DNA of 64,000 bases from Phoronis australis (lineage: Eukaryota; Animalia; Phoronida): contig NMRA01000099.1 of assembly GCA_002633005.1 (NCBI GenBank), positions 156,555 through 220,554 on the forward strand. Direction: 5' to 3'. The position numbers and the translations under genes are program-made. Numbering within the stretch: position 1 is the stretch's first letter; the number at the start of each line of letters is the position of its first letter. The notes beneath the pieces were generated by a model. That model did not search any database. It was not told the DNA's origin and saw only the letters and a list, made by a program, of their open reading frames with translations. Positions 1 through 13,010 of the stretch are shown piece after piece.

Positions 1-1836
1 TCCCATTCGAGTCTAAAATAGCTACGACGTAGGCTGAGTGAAAATTGGCAGCAGTGGGGGAGAGGGTGAACCCATCGAGCCAAGGGAACATCATTCAAGC
101 CGTGAATTATCAGAACTGAGTCTTCACGTGGCAGTTTTGGGGAACCTTGGTTTTTTAAAACAGCAGGAGGCCCAAGTTCTTATACTTTGTACGGTTCTCT
201 TTTGATGTGCGACTTTGATGTGGTGCCCGCCTGTGAGTTCCCACGCTCTGGAGTGCAAGTTACCTTGACTGCACATGTGAGTGACAGGTGACTCATATGT
301 GCATGCTCAACCCCGGAAAGAAGGTCTAGAGAATCTGTTTGCCGCTGTCTTTTGCCATAAAAAACGAGACGCATATTGAAACAGGTCGTTACATTACTTG
401 CCGCCGTTTTCAAGTCGCGATCGTTTGCGGGGACATTGCACGCAAACAGCGGGACCGAACAGTGTCGCAATACGATATTGTATGGGATAGTCTGGAAATC
501 TTGCAAGTAAAATAAAAATTTGTTTTACCACAAAAAAATTTGGTAAGTTGATCGTTTAACAATGAATAGAAACATCGCTGTTTTGTGATGTTTTATCACA
601 TGTGTATGCCGTGGTCCGTACAATGGAAATTCCAGGTCGCATGTTACGACTAAATACAATATGACCAAAATCTTGGCTTGCATTTTCAAAATTCAGGTCG
701 CCAATGCCACCTGCAGCTCGTAATGCCTAGCGCCGAGTCCCATTTGCAAAAACACCGACTCGGTAAGTACGCTTTGCTCGTTGGAATTCGTCACTTAAAT
801 TTAGTCGTATAACAAAGCACTGGTGCCAGTTACAGGAATGATGGGGCTTCGTCTTCGAATTATTTTTACTGACGCAGGTACGTATATGAACTACTTCTTT
901 CTCAGACTCATCCCACTCATAGTGTTAAATAACGTAGAAAATAAATCTGAAACTAAATAAGGCGATCCAGATTCTCCCCAGGATACTAGTTGTTTCACGA
1001 AATGTAGAATATAAATAGGTAAATAAAACAACAAGAATGGATCAACTCATAGTGTTAGTATTTTTTAAAATTAAAATCTTAAATACTACGTTTTTGAGTA
1101 ATGCCTTTGCGGTAACTTTTGATTGACGACTGGCTTATGTCTGCCTACCTCCACCGGGCCGTCAAAATAAAACAGCCACAGAACCTTACGTTGAAAATGT
1201 CATTGAAACACGGAGTCTCGAACAATTAAACATCCCAAACACAAAAAAACACCTGAATTAGTTTTTCAAATTTTAATTACAAATAATGTAAAACTGCTCT
1301 CTAACTCAGAACTTGACAGCTAACACATGACTCTGCTGTGACCTATGCAGCGCGTGAAGCTTGAATGCGCGCACTTTGCACTGTCACCACATGAGGATAG
1401 ATCCAGTCCAATGGGAGTGCTGCATAATAACTGGTCGTCTGCGCTCTACAGGTACTGAGCTCTAACAAAACCGCAGGACGGCACGGGCTATTACTCAGCA
1501 ATTTTGCAAATTTAACTGAAATGATTAATCTGAGAGCAATAGAACCTTTGTTGGGATCATCCGCTGTTATGATGTTTTTACCATCAGTTGGCAACGTGGC
1601 GATAAAGCTCTGAAAAATGCTGCGCGTTCCAACTACGTGTGGGGACTAGGATCATGAGGTAAGATTAACTGCACACCCTGGTTGTCTGTCGTAATAAGTG
1701 CCCATGTCCGGTTAACCGCTCACCCGAGATTTCTTGAAATTTCACATGTAAGCACCCATGTCTGGCTAGCCGCCCACCCCCGATTTTTTGGGTTAGCCAA
1801 TTTAACCACCCAGGGCGTTAACCGGATCGTTTACGA
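1..1836 (+). mobile_element. Family A element, copy cut by the window start
   Basis: 1-~718 aligns to ~7020-7800 and ~1500-1836 aligns to ~8185-8523, including the right TIR followed by TA. The middle (~720-1495) is unrelated to the other copy. Confidence 0.85.
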
Positions 1837-3024
1837 TATGCTAATGATAGTCTTTAATCTGTCTTTGTTCAAACATGGCTTTCAGGATGCTCCGTGGGAA
1901 ATTATTACAGGCTAACATACTATTAACTGACAATTATTTACCACTGGCATTTTAGACAACCCAGTACATAAAGAACATCACTGCACGCAGTCTTCACAAC
2001 AACCCTGTAGCTGTCTTGCCATTTATACTATCTCATCAGTGAGCACATACTATAACTCAGGTCAATAGGTGCCTAGGACAGACAACACCAAGCACAGGTG
2101 AGCAAATAAGAGAATCAGATCATATTACTTATACTCGTCATACTCAACATAGCATAAAGTCAATGAAATGATAAGAATGGACTTCAGTGCATTATTTCAA
2201 CAGTTTGTTACTTTGATTTTCACGGCTAAAAAGGTTAAGGTTAGAGTGTCATAGTAGCTGTATGTAATTGATACATACATAAGGATCAAATTGTGCCACT
2301 TTTTACAAGAAACTGTGCATTTTTATGTTATTGTACTATTCATAGAGAATTTCCAAGTTTACAAAAGTAGTGGAGTATTCACAGTGACTATGTTTTATTT
2401 TGTCAAACTTCACAAAAATATTGCCTCGCTTTCATAGACTGGATTTAGCATCACATCAAAATTCCCTGCAGGCTGGCACATTTTTCATCCCAGTTCTAAC
2501 TTATGTCACACCCCCTGTCCTGTTTTCCAGCAGATTGTAACTTTTGATAAGGTTATCATAACCCAGATTTTCGCCATGGAGTACTGGGAATTTATGATGT
2601 TGTCCTGACACTTTTTGATATTTACAATGCCCAAAATATACGTAAATCCCAGGAGTATAAACACGAAATCATAATTGTTCAGCTTAAATGCACAACTGCA
2701 TGTTTTGAATTAGTGCTATTTTGGCTACAAAGAAAACATGAAAGATCCAGGCATATTTTGGCTAGAAAGAAAATATGAAAAGATCCAGGCACAGCTTTTT
2801 TGTAGACTGTGAAATAGATACTTTATCAAATCTCATACTGCCTTAAAACCATGAAAACATTACATTGAAAAAATAGGATTTTCATTGTTATAACACAAGC
2901 AAGACCAATAACTTACCGTGTTAATAGTCAAGCTTAATGCACACCCACAACATTTCCAAATTATTAACCTTAAGAAGCTCCTGCTTACCACCAGCTTCCA
3001 ATTCATATAACTGAGACTTCCTTG

Positions 3025-3162
3025 AAATTTAATTTAAAGTTTTACAATAGGACTTTTACCAATGTAGAAAGTTCCGATCTAATTTAAAATTTTACAAAAA
3101 AAGGATTTCTTCTGATGTAGAAATTTCCAATTTAATTTAGAATTTTACAATAGGACTTTTAG
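3025..3162. repeat. Degenerate ~50-bp tandem repeat (~3 units)
   Basis: taattta.a.ttttacaa...gga.ttt...atgtagaaa.ttcc repeated. Confidence 0.7.
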
Positions 3163-5763
3163 CCAAAAAAAATAGAAAAATTCTTCGGGACGGATTCCTG
3201 AAATTTGACATTATTTTCATGTAAAAATAACTTTTACACCCCTCGATAGGACCCATCCTATGGGCACAAAGACGGCAAACATCGTCACTTTCCGGTACCG
3301 TCCATTTTGCATGGGTGGCGTGAAATTTGAACTCAAGGTCGAAAGCAAACGTCCCGTGGAGTACGAAAGTGCAGTTGAAGTCCGTACAAACTTTTGGAAT
3401 TAGGATACTGATTGTTTCAGGATCTATTTATGTGAGTTTTATTTCACATATTAAAGCCTAAATTCAACGGAATTTTGTTACTTTAGATGTATTAGTCTAA
3501 CCCGATAGTCCTAGCAAAGCTTTTAGTAAAATTAGAAAACGTGAGTTCAATCACGCAAGTGTATTAGGCAGTCAAATGATAAGCGAAGCTGCCTTTTCGT
3601 GCCATGTTGCGACACCGCGAGATCCCAGCACAAACAACGAAAGGTTGTATTGAATAGGGGTCTGAATAGAACACCATTGCATACAGGTGTTATTCGCAGC
3701 TGTTTGAATTAAAAGGTAGACAAAAGTGAGCCAATACGCCAAACAGTTCGTTACATTTGGCAATTTATGGCACTAGATGGCTCAGAGCAATGCTCTTAAC
3801 ATACTGTAGGAACCAATTTTACATGTGTTACCGTTGAAGATAGGCTTTAAAGTTTCACACGCATTCAAAACTTTTTAACTTGAATGTTCAGCTCGACAAA
3901 ATCACAAAAGACCAATTATGACCGAACATACGGCTTTCATTGAAACGGGCCGCGGAGATCCATTCCTCAGTAATGCTTACGATTTTGGGTAATAGTTCAA
4001 ACCTTGAGTGATCCTAAAAAGCCGTACAGTGACACTCCTTTCAAAACGAGCGCGTGGAGCGTTTTTTCTTCACTGAACAAACCACCGGAAGGAAAATCTT
4101 TCATGGAACAAGTCCCAATGGCAATGCTGATAAAATGATTATTGACAAACCAAAAAAACATAACTTCAGCTACCATAATTTATTAATTACTGTAGTTGTT
4201 CTGTTCCCAAGAAGTCCTGGTAATAGTTCTGCTAGGTTTGTTCAATAAACCTTGAAGCCTGGTAGATAATTGGCCTGTGTGTTGTCATACCAGGCAAAAA
4301 ACTGTTAACAAAGGAGCAACATGTTGTCACACCTTCACCTGCCCATGGGAGAAGGGCCTAATGGAGGCTACCATTCTATGTTCTACTGAATAACTGGCAA
4401 AAACAGATGTTTCCTTCTATCAGAAACTATTAATGCTTCACAGTTCTCACACTCTGTCACTTTGACAACAGTGCTTACTTAGCTGGAGGTAGTCAGGTAG
4501 TGGTAATCCAACTAGTAAGTATGTAAACAATTTACCAACCACAGAATTCCTTGCTTAAAGTTTAGGCCACTGACAAATTCCTCCATTATTTTGCTATATT
4601 TAGAATGATTTGTAGTAAGTTTCCGACTTCGCAGCTCAAGATTTTTGGTTAACACAATGTGAATATATATCTTGTAATTTCTAATTCGAAATTATTCTTC
4701 CATTTCTACAATTAGCTTATCCCTTGAAGAGCAAAAAGTCAGTAAATAATCTGCTTCATATTTGCACACTTTTTGCATGGCTTTAAATACATGCATACTA
4801 CAAGTCAAATTCCCATATGAATCCCACTTTTTGCATAGAGTACACAGGTCTGCTTTCATATCTGACAATGTTGCACCAAATAATGTGCTTTGTCCCTTTC
4901 GTTAGGTGTACCATGATCAGAGAATATTTTGTAAATTGAAGGTATTCAAAGCATTAATAGAATCAAAGGAAAAATGCAGAAGTACAAATTTGGCAATTAT
5001 TGTTGTTTGAAATTGGTGCAATTTTACTGTAAACACGAAAGCATAACTTCAACTAGGCAAAGTAAAAGGATATAAATAGCAATGAATCATGAGGAACTTG
5101 AAAGGCAAACACTAACAAAAAAATAAGTGCATGTTCACTGAATCCTTGAAAAATATCAAAAATGTTCCGATACAAGATTCTGACCACCCCATGTTGTTGT
5201 AGGCTTGTTATTTTAGTTGGGGCAGCATTACTCATATGCCGGTACATTTTGCTTTTTTAAGGAAAATTGTAAATCAAACCATCATCAATGTTAAATGCTG
5301 GATAGCATATTATCCCGTTTATTTTTATAAAATGGTTATTGAGTACTACCCCATCAATGGCTTGCCTTTTCACTGAAGTTTAATTATGTAAACTTTAATA
5401 TGTATTACCAGAAATTTTGTCTTACTTTTCGGATATTGTTAAGTTGACAAAGTCAGCAATACTAAAGATTTCAATTTAATAAGCCAGGGGCACAAATTCA
5501 GCATTTTCCGGACCAAAAGTCAAATAAAAGTACAGTTGAAGAATCTCGATACATCATACATCAAAGAGCATGCTTCTTTTACTAGAGAAAACTTGCAATC
5601 TAATGCGCTAATATATACATATAGGATGTGATCCACCACGTGAACAGTCTGAGTGAAATATTAAAAAAATCTGAGGAAAAATGAAAAAAATTTAGGAATT
5701 TGAAGCGTATGAGATAAATACAAAACGTACCGAGGGTGGCGTACATGAAGTAATATCACACGA

Positions 5764-5822
5764 GACATTATTCCGCATATCGACCTCGACCTTTGGTCTC
5801 CGTCGATACGTGGAATAATGTC
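5764..5822. repeat. Hairpin/palindrome with a 21-bp stem
   Basis: GACATTATTCCGCATATCGAC-N17-GTCGATACGTGGAATAATGTC. Confidence 0.8.
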
Positions 5823-6349
5823 GAGTTATTAAGCATTATATTTTTACACGTCTTGAAAATTTCAAAAATTAAACAATTCGACTAATTACTCAACCAAATC
5901 TTCCAACGAAGAACGGCCATTCCGTAAAACCGGAAGTTTTCTATCCCGCATGTGCAGCGCCCTCTCATCAGTGCTTATGTCCCTTGGTCTGCAACATGCT
6001 CAACGCGTTGCTATAGGAGTTGGAAGTCCCTATATATAATCCATGGTGCAACGCTATGCCAGAGGCGGCTTGATTTAATTTCGGACAACGAAACCCATGA
6101 TTGAAAATGTATTTCCATGCACGAACACAGCTAATCAAGTGTTGCGTGCAAGGTCATAAAATGTAATAAACAACTTTGCCTATCAAACTATAAACTGCTT
6201 TTTGAAAAACTACACATCTTCAAGAACTAATGATTCCACAAATATGTAGAACAATCATAAAAAATAACTGAAATCGATGTGTCAATCATAAAAATGTGTT
6301 GACTTCATCTGCTTGACTGATAAGGAAAGTTAAAGTTTGTGCTCAATTA

Positions 6350-8523
6350 CCGTAAACGTTCGGGTTAACGCCCATGTTCACTTAACCGCCCATCCCCTAC
6401 TTTAGGTGGATTTTCGATTTAACCGCCCACTGCTCGGTTTACCGACACTCTGCGACTATTGAAGATTTCCTGTTAAGCGCACACCTCTCTGTTAAGCGCC
6501 CACCTCTCTGTTAAGCGCCCAACCCTGACTTTTGAAGATTGATGATTACGTGCCTAGAGCTAAGGAAACGCGCGATTAAACACTTTTAGATAAAAATCGA
6601 TGATAACAAAGAATGCAACGACAACATCGGAAACAGTGATTTGGCAATGTGAATTATAATACAAGTAACAAATTATTGTCCAGGGTCATGGATTTGCTTC
6701 AAAATGTAATACCTTGAACGCTTTGCCACTTTATTTTCTTCCCATTGTTCGCAAAACTAGGAACCCCGCCAGTTTCAATACCTACGATTTCATCGCTAAG
6801 TTTCCGTCTGCAATGCTCTAGATAAAACATGTATTGGAAAAAATAAAGCCAGAGAAACTTCATAGTGTCTTGCCAACACTTCTAATTCGCTTTATGTGGG
6901 AAGCTCTCAGGTTTTGAATAGTTCCCTTAACTTTGTGAATATTGTTTCCACCTACCTTTTTAGCCCTTCAGAATAATTTTTTTTCTTCATTGGCTGGTTT
7001 CAACCGGAACAAAATCCTTCCCACTCGAGTCTGAAATATCTACGACGTAGGCTGATCGAAAATTGGCAGCAGTGGGGAGGGGACGAACCCCCGAGGCCTA
7101 GGGAACATCGAGCAGCGAATTATCAGAAGTGAGACTTCACGTCGCAGTTTTGGAGTACTTTGGTTTTTTTTAAAACAGCAGGAGGCCCAAGTTTAGTGTC
7201 AAATAAACACCCGGTCAGCTTAAACCTACAGTCAAGCCGCTATGCTCTTATATTTTTTACTGTTGCTGTTCTCCTTTGATGTGCGACTTTGATGTGGTGC
7301 CCACGCGTGAGTTCCCAAGCTCTAGAGTGCAAGTTACCTTGACTGCATATGTGAGTGACAGGTGACTCATATGCGCGTGCTCAATCCCGGAAAGAAGTTC
7401 TTGAGAATTTGTTTGCCACTGTCTTTTGCCATAACAACGAGACGCATATTGAAACAGGTCGTTATATTACTTGCTGCCATTTCCAAGTCGCGATCGTTTG
7501 CGGGGACATTGCGCGCAAACAGCGGGACTGAACAGTGTCGCAGTACGATATTGTAGGTGATATTATAATACGATAATCTGGAAATCTTGCAAGTAAAATA
7601 AAAATGTGTCTTTCCACCACAAAATTTGGTAAGTTGATGGTTAGCAATGCATAGAAACATCACTGTTTTGTGACATTTGATCACACATGTATGCCGTGGT
7701 CTGTACATTGGAAATTCCAGGTCGCACGTTAAACTTAATACAAGATGACCAAAATCTCGGCTCCCATTTTCAAAATTCAAGTCGCCAATGCGCCCTGTAG
7801 GCAATTACATCCCTCTGGATGCCGCAGGCATACAGAAGCGATAGTACATCCCCACAAAAGTTAACAAATTTCAAAATACAGGAAATAAGATCAAATGAAA
7901 CATGCATACATTATGCACATGGAGTTATTAAAACAACTCATACCAAAAGTCTGCAGACGATTCAGTCAAGATAACTTGAAAAAATCGATGAAAATCTGTC
8001 GCGGTCTGCTCGAGTTTCTCTTACCGGGTGCCACTTTGAGGAAGTTACGTGAAATCACGCATGTTAACGAATCAAAAGTCCAAGAGACACACACAAATCT
8101 TACAAATTTCACCTGATACCTTCTCATGCTATTTTGCAAGTGTCACGCGCTAGCATCACGCGCTTCGCTCAGTCTCGTGCTAGCCTTTGTAAATTTAACT
8201 GAAATGATTAATCTGAGGGCAACAGAACCTTTGTTGGGATCATCCACTGTTACGACATTTATACCGTCATTTGGCGATGTGGTGATAAAGCTCGGAAAAG
8301 TGCTACTGCAGCCTACACATTCCAAGTACGTGTGGGGACTGAGATCATGAGGTAACCGCCCACCCCGGTTGTCTGTCGTAATAAGCGCCCATGTTTGGTT
8401 AACCACCCACCAGCGATTTCTTGAAATTTCATGTTTAAGCGCCCATGTCTGGCTAACCGCCCACCCCCGATTTTTTGGGTTCGCCAAATTAACCGCCAAG
8501 GGCATTAACCCGAACGTTTACGG
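6350..8523 (+). mobile_element. Non-autonomous Tc1/mariner (pogo-like) element, family A, complete copy
   Basis: TIRs CCGTAAACGTTCGGGTTAACGCCC ... GGGCATTAACCCGAACGTTTACGG with TA on both flanks. Repeated subterminal TAA(C/G)CGCCC motifs, including a 19-bp tandem at ~6470-6520. No transposase ORF. Confidence 0.88.
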
Positions 8524-9021
8524 TACCTTCACCTTAATAGACTCGCAATATAAGCAACACAAAATATATGGAAAAAAGCTGTCTGGACTCGATGAATTAT
8601 GAGTTGATCTAGGCAGGTATCCAATGTAAATGACAATTTCATGTCATGTAAAAAGTGTTTTTAGATTTTATTTTCAAAATTTACAAATTAAATGAAATGT
8701 GGCCTTAATGTTATTGATATCCTTGTCATTTATGCAATGAATGCACCTTTCTTTCTTTCTTTTGATAAATTTAAATAAGACATGGGGACTCAGTTGGTTG
8801 TAGTTTGGTATAAATACAAAAATCATATTCTACAGAATTTCTACTTTTAGCAAATAAATACTTTCACAGAGCTAAATTCTTTAGTCTTCTAGACATTAGG
8901 TTAAGTGTCGATAAAGCCCTTCATGACCTTAACCGATTTTTGCTCTTCAAACAATGAAAAATTGAATTTTCCAATTTACTTTTACATGGGCGGGAAAGAA
9001 TGTTGCTAGAATCATCACCCC

Positions 9022-9101
9022 TTATTTATTCATTTATTTATTTCTTTAAAAGACTGGGTGACCACTTCGGTGAATACACTGATTTTCAAGGGGCCCCAGT
9101 C
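9022..9101 (-). mobile_element. CR1/L2-type LINE or SINE 3' end
   Basis: Minus strand reads ACTGGGGCCCCTTGAAAATCAGT...GAAGTGGTCACCCAGT followed by an (AAAT)n tail. A similar motif with an A-rich tail occurs at ~49350-49436. Confidence 0.5.
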
Positions 9102-9962
9102 GGAAATAATGACACGAACTGAAATACAGAGAGCTACATACAATTAGATTGAAAAGATTAATAAATAAAATAAATTATTATAAAAATTAGTTAATATGTA
9201 CAATTAGATGAACAAATTAGATAAAATAGAATAAAATAAGTAAAATAATGATGAGCTGAGGCCTACAGTCCATGAAAAAAGAAGCTAGCTGTAAAAGTCC
9301 AGGCATTGTGTTCAGTGCCTTCTGTATTGTAAACCCGTTAATAGTCGAATATAAAGTGCACGCTCGAGAGAGTTTTCTCCACTGAATAACGAGCATCAAA
9401 CTGGTTCTCAAAATGTGAGCACGTTATATCCAACTATTGCTGTAATCCGAATGGGCAAGAAGCATCCTTAGTTGCCAATCGGAAAATGTCATGGCTATAA
9501 CTCTTACTGTGTTTATGGTATCTCAAAGATCAGAAATAAGAGCTGTAATGCCCATATGTATGATAATAAATACACTACACCGACTCTAATGGCCAGTGCG
9601 TCCAATGTCTTGGATATATCACAAGTAAATAGGTACTTATGTCCTTTTACTTACAGTACTTTCTGAGGAAGGACCCCTTGAGGCGTATAAAGAGATCAAT
9701 AAGTCAAATGTTTCTATAATGATTCCTGAGCTACTAGGGGACTGTATTTTGAGAACCAGTTGGATACCCATTATTCAGTGGAGGAAACTGGTTCTCAAAT
9801 CTGGCACCTCTGTAAATGAGAAATACCGAAGTGGGCGAATGCAAGGAAAATTTTCCCACATATGCTCGTGTATTTTTCAAGCATGTTTTTTGCATAAGCA
9901 TGCAACGAGTTCCATAAAATTTTGCTGGATAAATATCAAAATTCTGATCATTATCTTTATTA

Positions 9963-10194
9963 TATGCGTGCACCAGGGGGGGGCTCAAGGGGCTCAAACC
10001 CCCCATTTGGTCAAGTGGGCAAAAAGGTCTGCCTCTAAGAAACAAAAAGCCTGAAAACAGTAGAAATCGAGACAAAAGTCCACAAAAAGGCAGGAACCAA
10101 AGATTGGCGAATGCACAATTTATAGCTCTGAACGCACCCCAGTCCACATTCTCAAAAATTCAAGCCCCCATTTTTTAGGCTGGGTGTGCACATG
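9963..10194 (+). mobile_element. ~230-bp MITE family C, copy 1
   Basis: Ends TATGCGTGCACCAG ... CTGGGTGTGCACATG. Homologous to 46377-46591. TATTA on both flanks. Confidence 0.8.
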
Positions 10195-12449
10195 TATTAG
10201 AAAACCAACGATAATGGCACATGTGTTGTTAACTCATGTGACTGAACTGTATAGTATCAGTATCTGCTAATAGGGGAACCACAACTTTTTGGTATTCACG
10301 AATCTTTTGAGGAAATCACTGTTTGTGGAATTAATTGGTGCATTTTTCCAGAAGCTTTTCTCAGATTTCAAAATACATGGTAATGGCACTTACCATGGGA
10401 TGCATAAAAATGTTGCACCAGCGGCTACTTCTGACAATTTTATAAGCTGCCAGTCTATTTTCAGACTTCGGTGATCTATAAAATGCAGTATTTGATTTTT
10501 GAGAAATACAATGAATGGCACAATTGTCTTAGTCCCAATCTCCAAAATCAAAAAAATCAATTTGTGCTTGAATTTCTGTGTTTTAAATGTATACTGCTAA
10601 TTTGCCTAACCAAGCACATCACTTTAACAAGGCGTTGACATTCTCGTCAAGCTCTGACAAATACAGATCAAAGAACAAATAGGAATACATGCACAAGGAT
10701 AGTATTAATCAAGAGAAGAAGTACCCAACGTGCCCACTCATCACTCCTGGGAGGTGAATAACTCTTCAAAGTGGTGCTCAAACCCATAAATCAAGCCAAC
10801 TTCCTGTCAAACAAGCCATTAGCACCACTTACAGTTAGACCAACAAAGATTGCTTTCCCATTGAGCAACTACTCCTTTGGCTTAACATTATTTACTGACT
10901 GGGAGCAGCTTACAGTAACTTCAGTGGGAATAGTCATTTACTACCAGACTAAATTTACTGTGGTATCAAATTTACTTCCCTTCAGGGCATAGGATTAGTG
11001 ACCAGTATAATATTTAATCCATTCCACGTTAATCTGTGGGACCGTTCAGTCGACAGGAATAGATATGGCTACAGCGGTAAAATATTATTGTCGGTTTGAC
11101 GAGAGTTTGCATGTCGCGTCATATTATGCCTCATTCTGTCTCAAGTAACCGATCATTTAGCATTGTGTTTTGCTGTAAACAGTATCATGAGCTCCTAGAA
11201 AGTCAGTAGCTAAGTTCATCTCTTCAAAACTGCAATTCTGGCACAACACATTTCCTTATGTGGAAAATATTACCTTTGACATTTGATTAACAAAACGATG
11301 ACGACTTCAAGCAGCGGCCAGTCTAATTAGATGTCTGAGTGTTTAAAATTAGTTATATAGATATTGTAGTATTAAACTATATTCTAAAATGCACTTGAAA
11401 TTCTTTCTATAAAATCGTATTTTGTCCGTCAGCTGTTCGTCAAATGACTGAGCCCATGCACAAGTTTATCATAAGTTGGAAAGGAAATTAGGGCTTATTT
11501 CAAAAATCGTGAATTTTGTGATTTTTCCTGGAAATTCCCTCACAGGGAAAAATGAATAACTCTGTAGTAGACGTTGCAAGATGGTACTTCTACCCGGATA
11601 TATATTTTTGACAAGCGTACTCCATGCCACTTTAACTGCGATGACTGTTAATCTCGTTCCGTGGGAACACTGGTAAATGATTATGCATGAATGCTTATCA
11701 TAATTGTCTTTAAAGATGTACTCGCATGCTCCTAACTATGCTAATGAATAGCAGGAATTAAACGACAAATTGCTATTTGAACATCATCTAGGGATAAAAA
11801 TCTGCATCAGAGCATGACTATGGATGATAACATTACCTAAGAGCGTCATTCCAAAATCGGTTCCTTGAAGGCTTGGTGCCTTTGTTTTCCTAACAACACT
11901 ATTTATCTCCCGTCACCAGGATGAGAATTTATTACAGGCATTCTTGGGGGAACAATTCACAAATTATTTTTGTGGTAATCACAAAATCAAGGAGAAACTC
12001 AGAAAACTGGATCAGACCTTTTTCACGCTTCAGTTTTATCTCATTAATGGAGCACTTAACTAGCGATAACGTACTAGATGGTGATCAAATTCAACCGACA
12101 CTTGTTGGCCAAGGGAATTACAGCTACAACCACGCATTATATTTTTCATCTGTTTAGATTGATGCTCTTCCCATCAGTTTAAAATAATGTGCTCTGCATG
12201 AAAATAGCCAGTCAACCCAATAGCACTTTTATTTTTTCAGTCTCGGTACACACCTTTATACTGGTGAGTGCATCGGGTGACAACGTAATTAGACAGCGAG
12301 CAAGAAATGACCAAAAATATTAAAGGCCCATTATCTATCAATAATTTGCCAATAATGAAAAAACTAAAAACACATAGGAAAAACAAAATAAACAATATTG
12401 AAATAATAAAAACAAAAATGAAGTACAAGAAAATGATAAATCATTAAGT

Positions 12450-13010
12450 CAATTATCTTATCATGGAATAGTTATTTTAATACGGTAATTTTACCCTTTA
12501 TTAGCACATAATATGGCCAAAAATATTGTGTCAAATTTTCCCCCAAAATAAAGGATTATAAAATTTTAGTCTATCGCTAGCATGGTTTGAGCTGTATCAA
12601 TTTGGTAATTCGCTGTTATTTTCCATGAAAATTTCAGTTTGAAAAATGGAAAATGACAATTTCGATAATTACTTAGAGCAAAATAATTGGATAACTAAAA
12701 GAATTTCCCATTGGACAGAACACATGATCAGTTACACTATATCAACTTATGGAATTATGGAATATTGAAAGTCAGCCACAACCAAGGAATCCAAGAGATC
12801 AAGTTCCACTTATTTAGCACACAATATGGCTGACTAGTGAAATTCTATTGAGTTAAATCTCTCCTCAAAAGTAAAAGATTAAAAACATTTTAGTCCACCA
12901 CAATCATGGATACCAGTGAGTAGACATCACAGAATAAAAGTCGCTGAAATTACCATTGTTTGTAAAAGGTTATCAACCCTTGAAATATGGAAAATGACAA
13001 TTTTGGCGAA
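12450..13010. repeat. Degenerate tandem duplication, ~320-bp period
   Basis: ttagcaca.aatatggc...aaa.gatta.aaa..ttttagtc and ggaaaatgacaattt each occur twice. Confidence 0.6.

Noticed and set aside
3540-3556. CGTGAGTTCAATCACG T-loop/B-box-like hairpin, as a tRNA or SINE
   Set aside because: No A box, anticodon arm or acceptor stem.
7367-7804. 145-aa ORF and its paralog at 180-506, as a transposase
   Set aside because: There are no DDE or HTH motifs, and the frame is not conserved between the two repeat copies.
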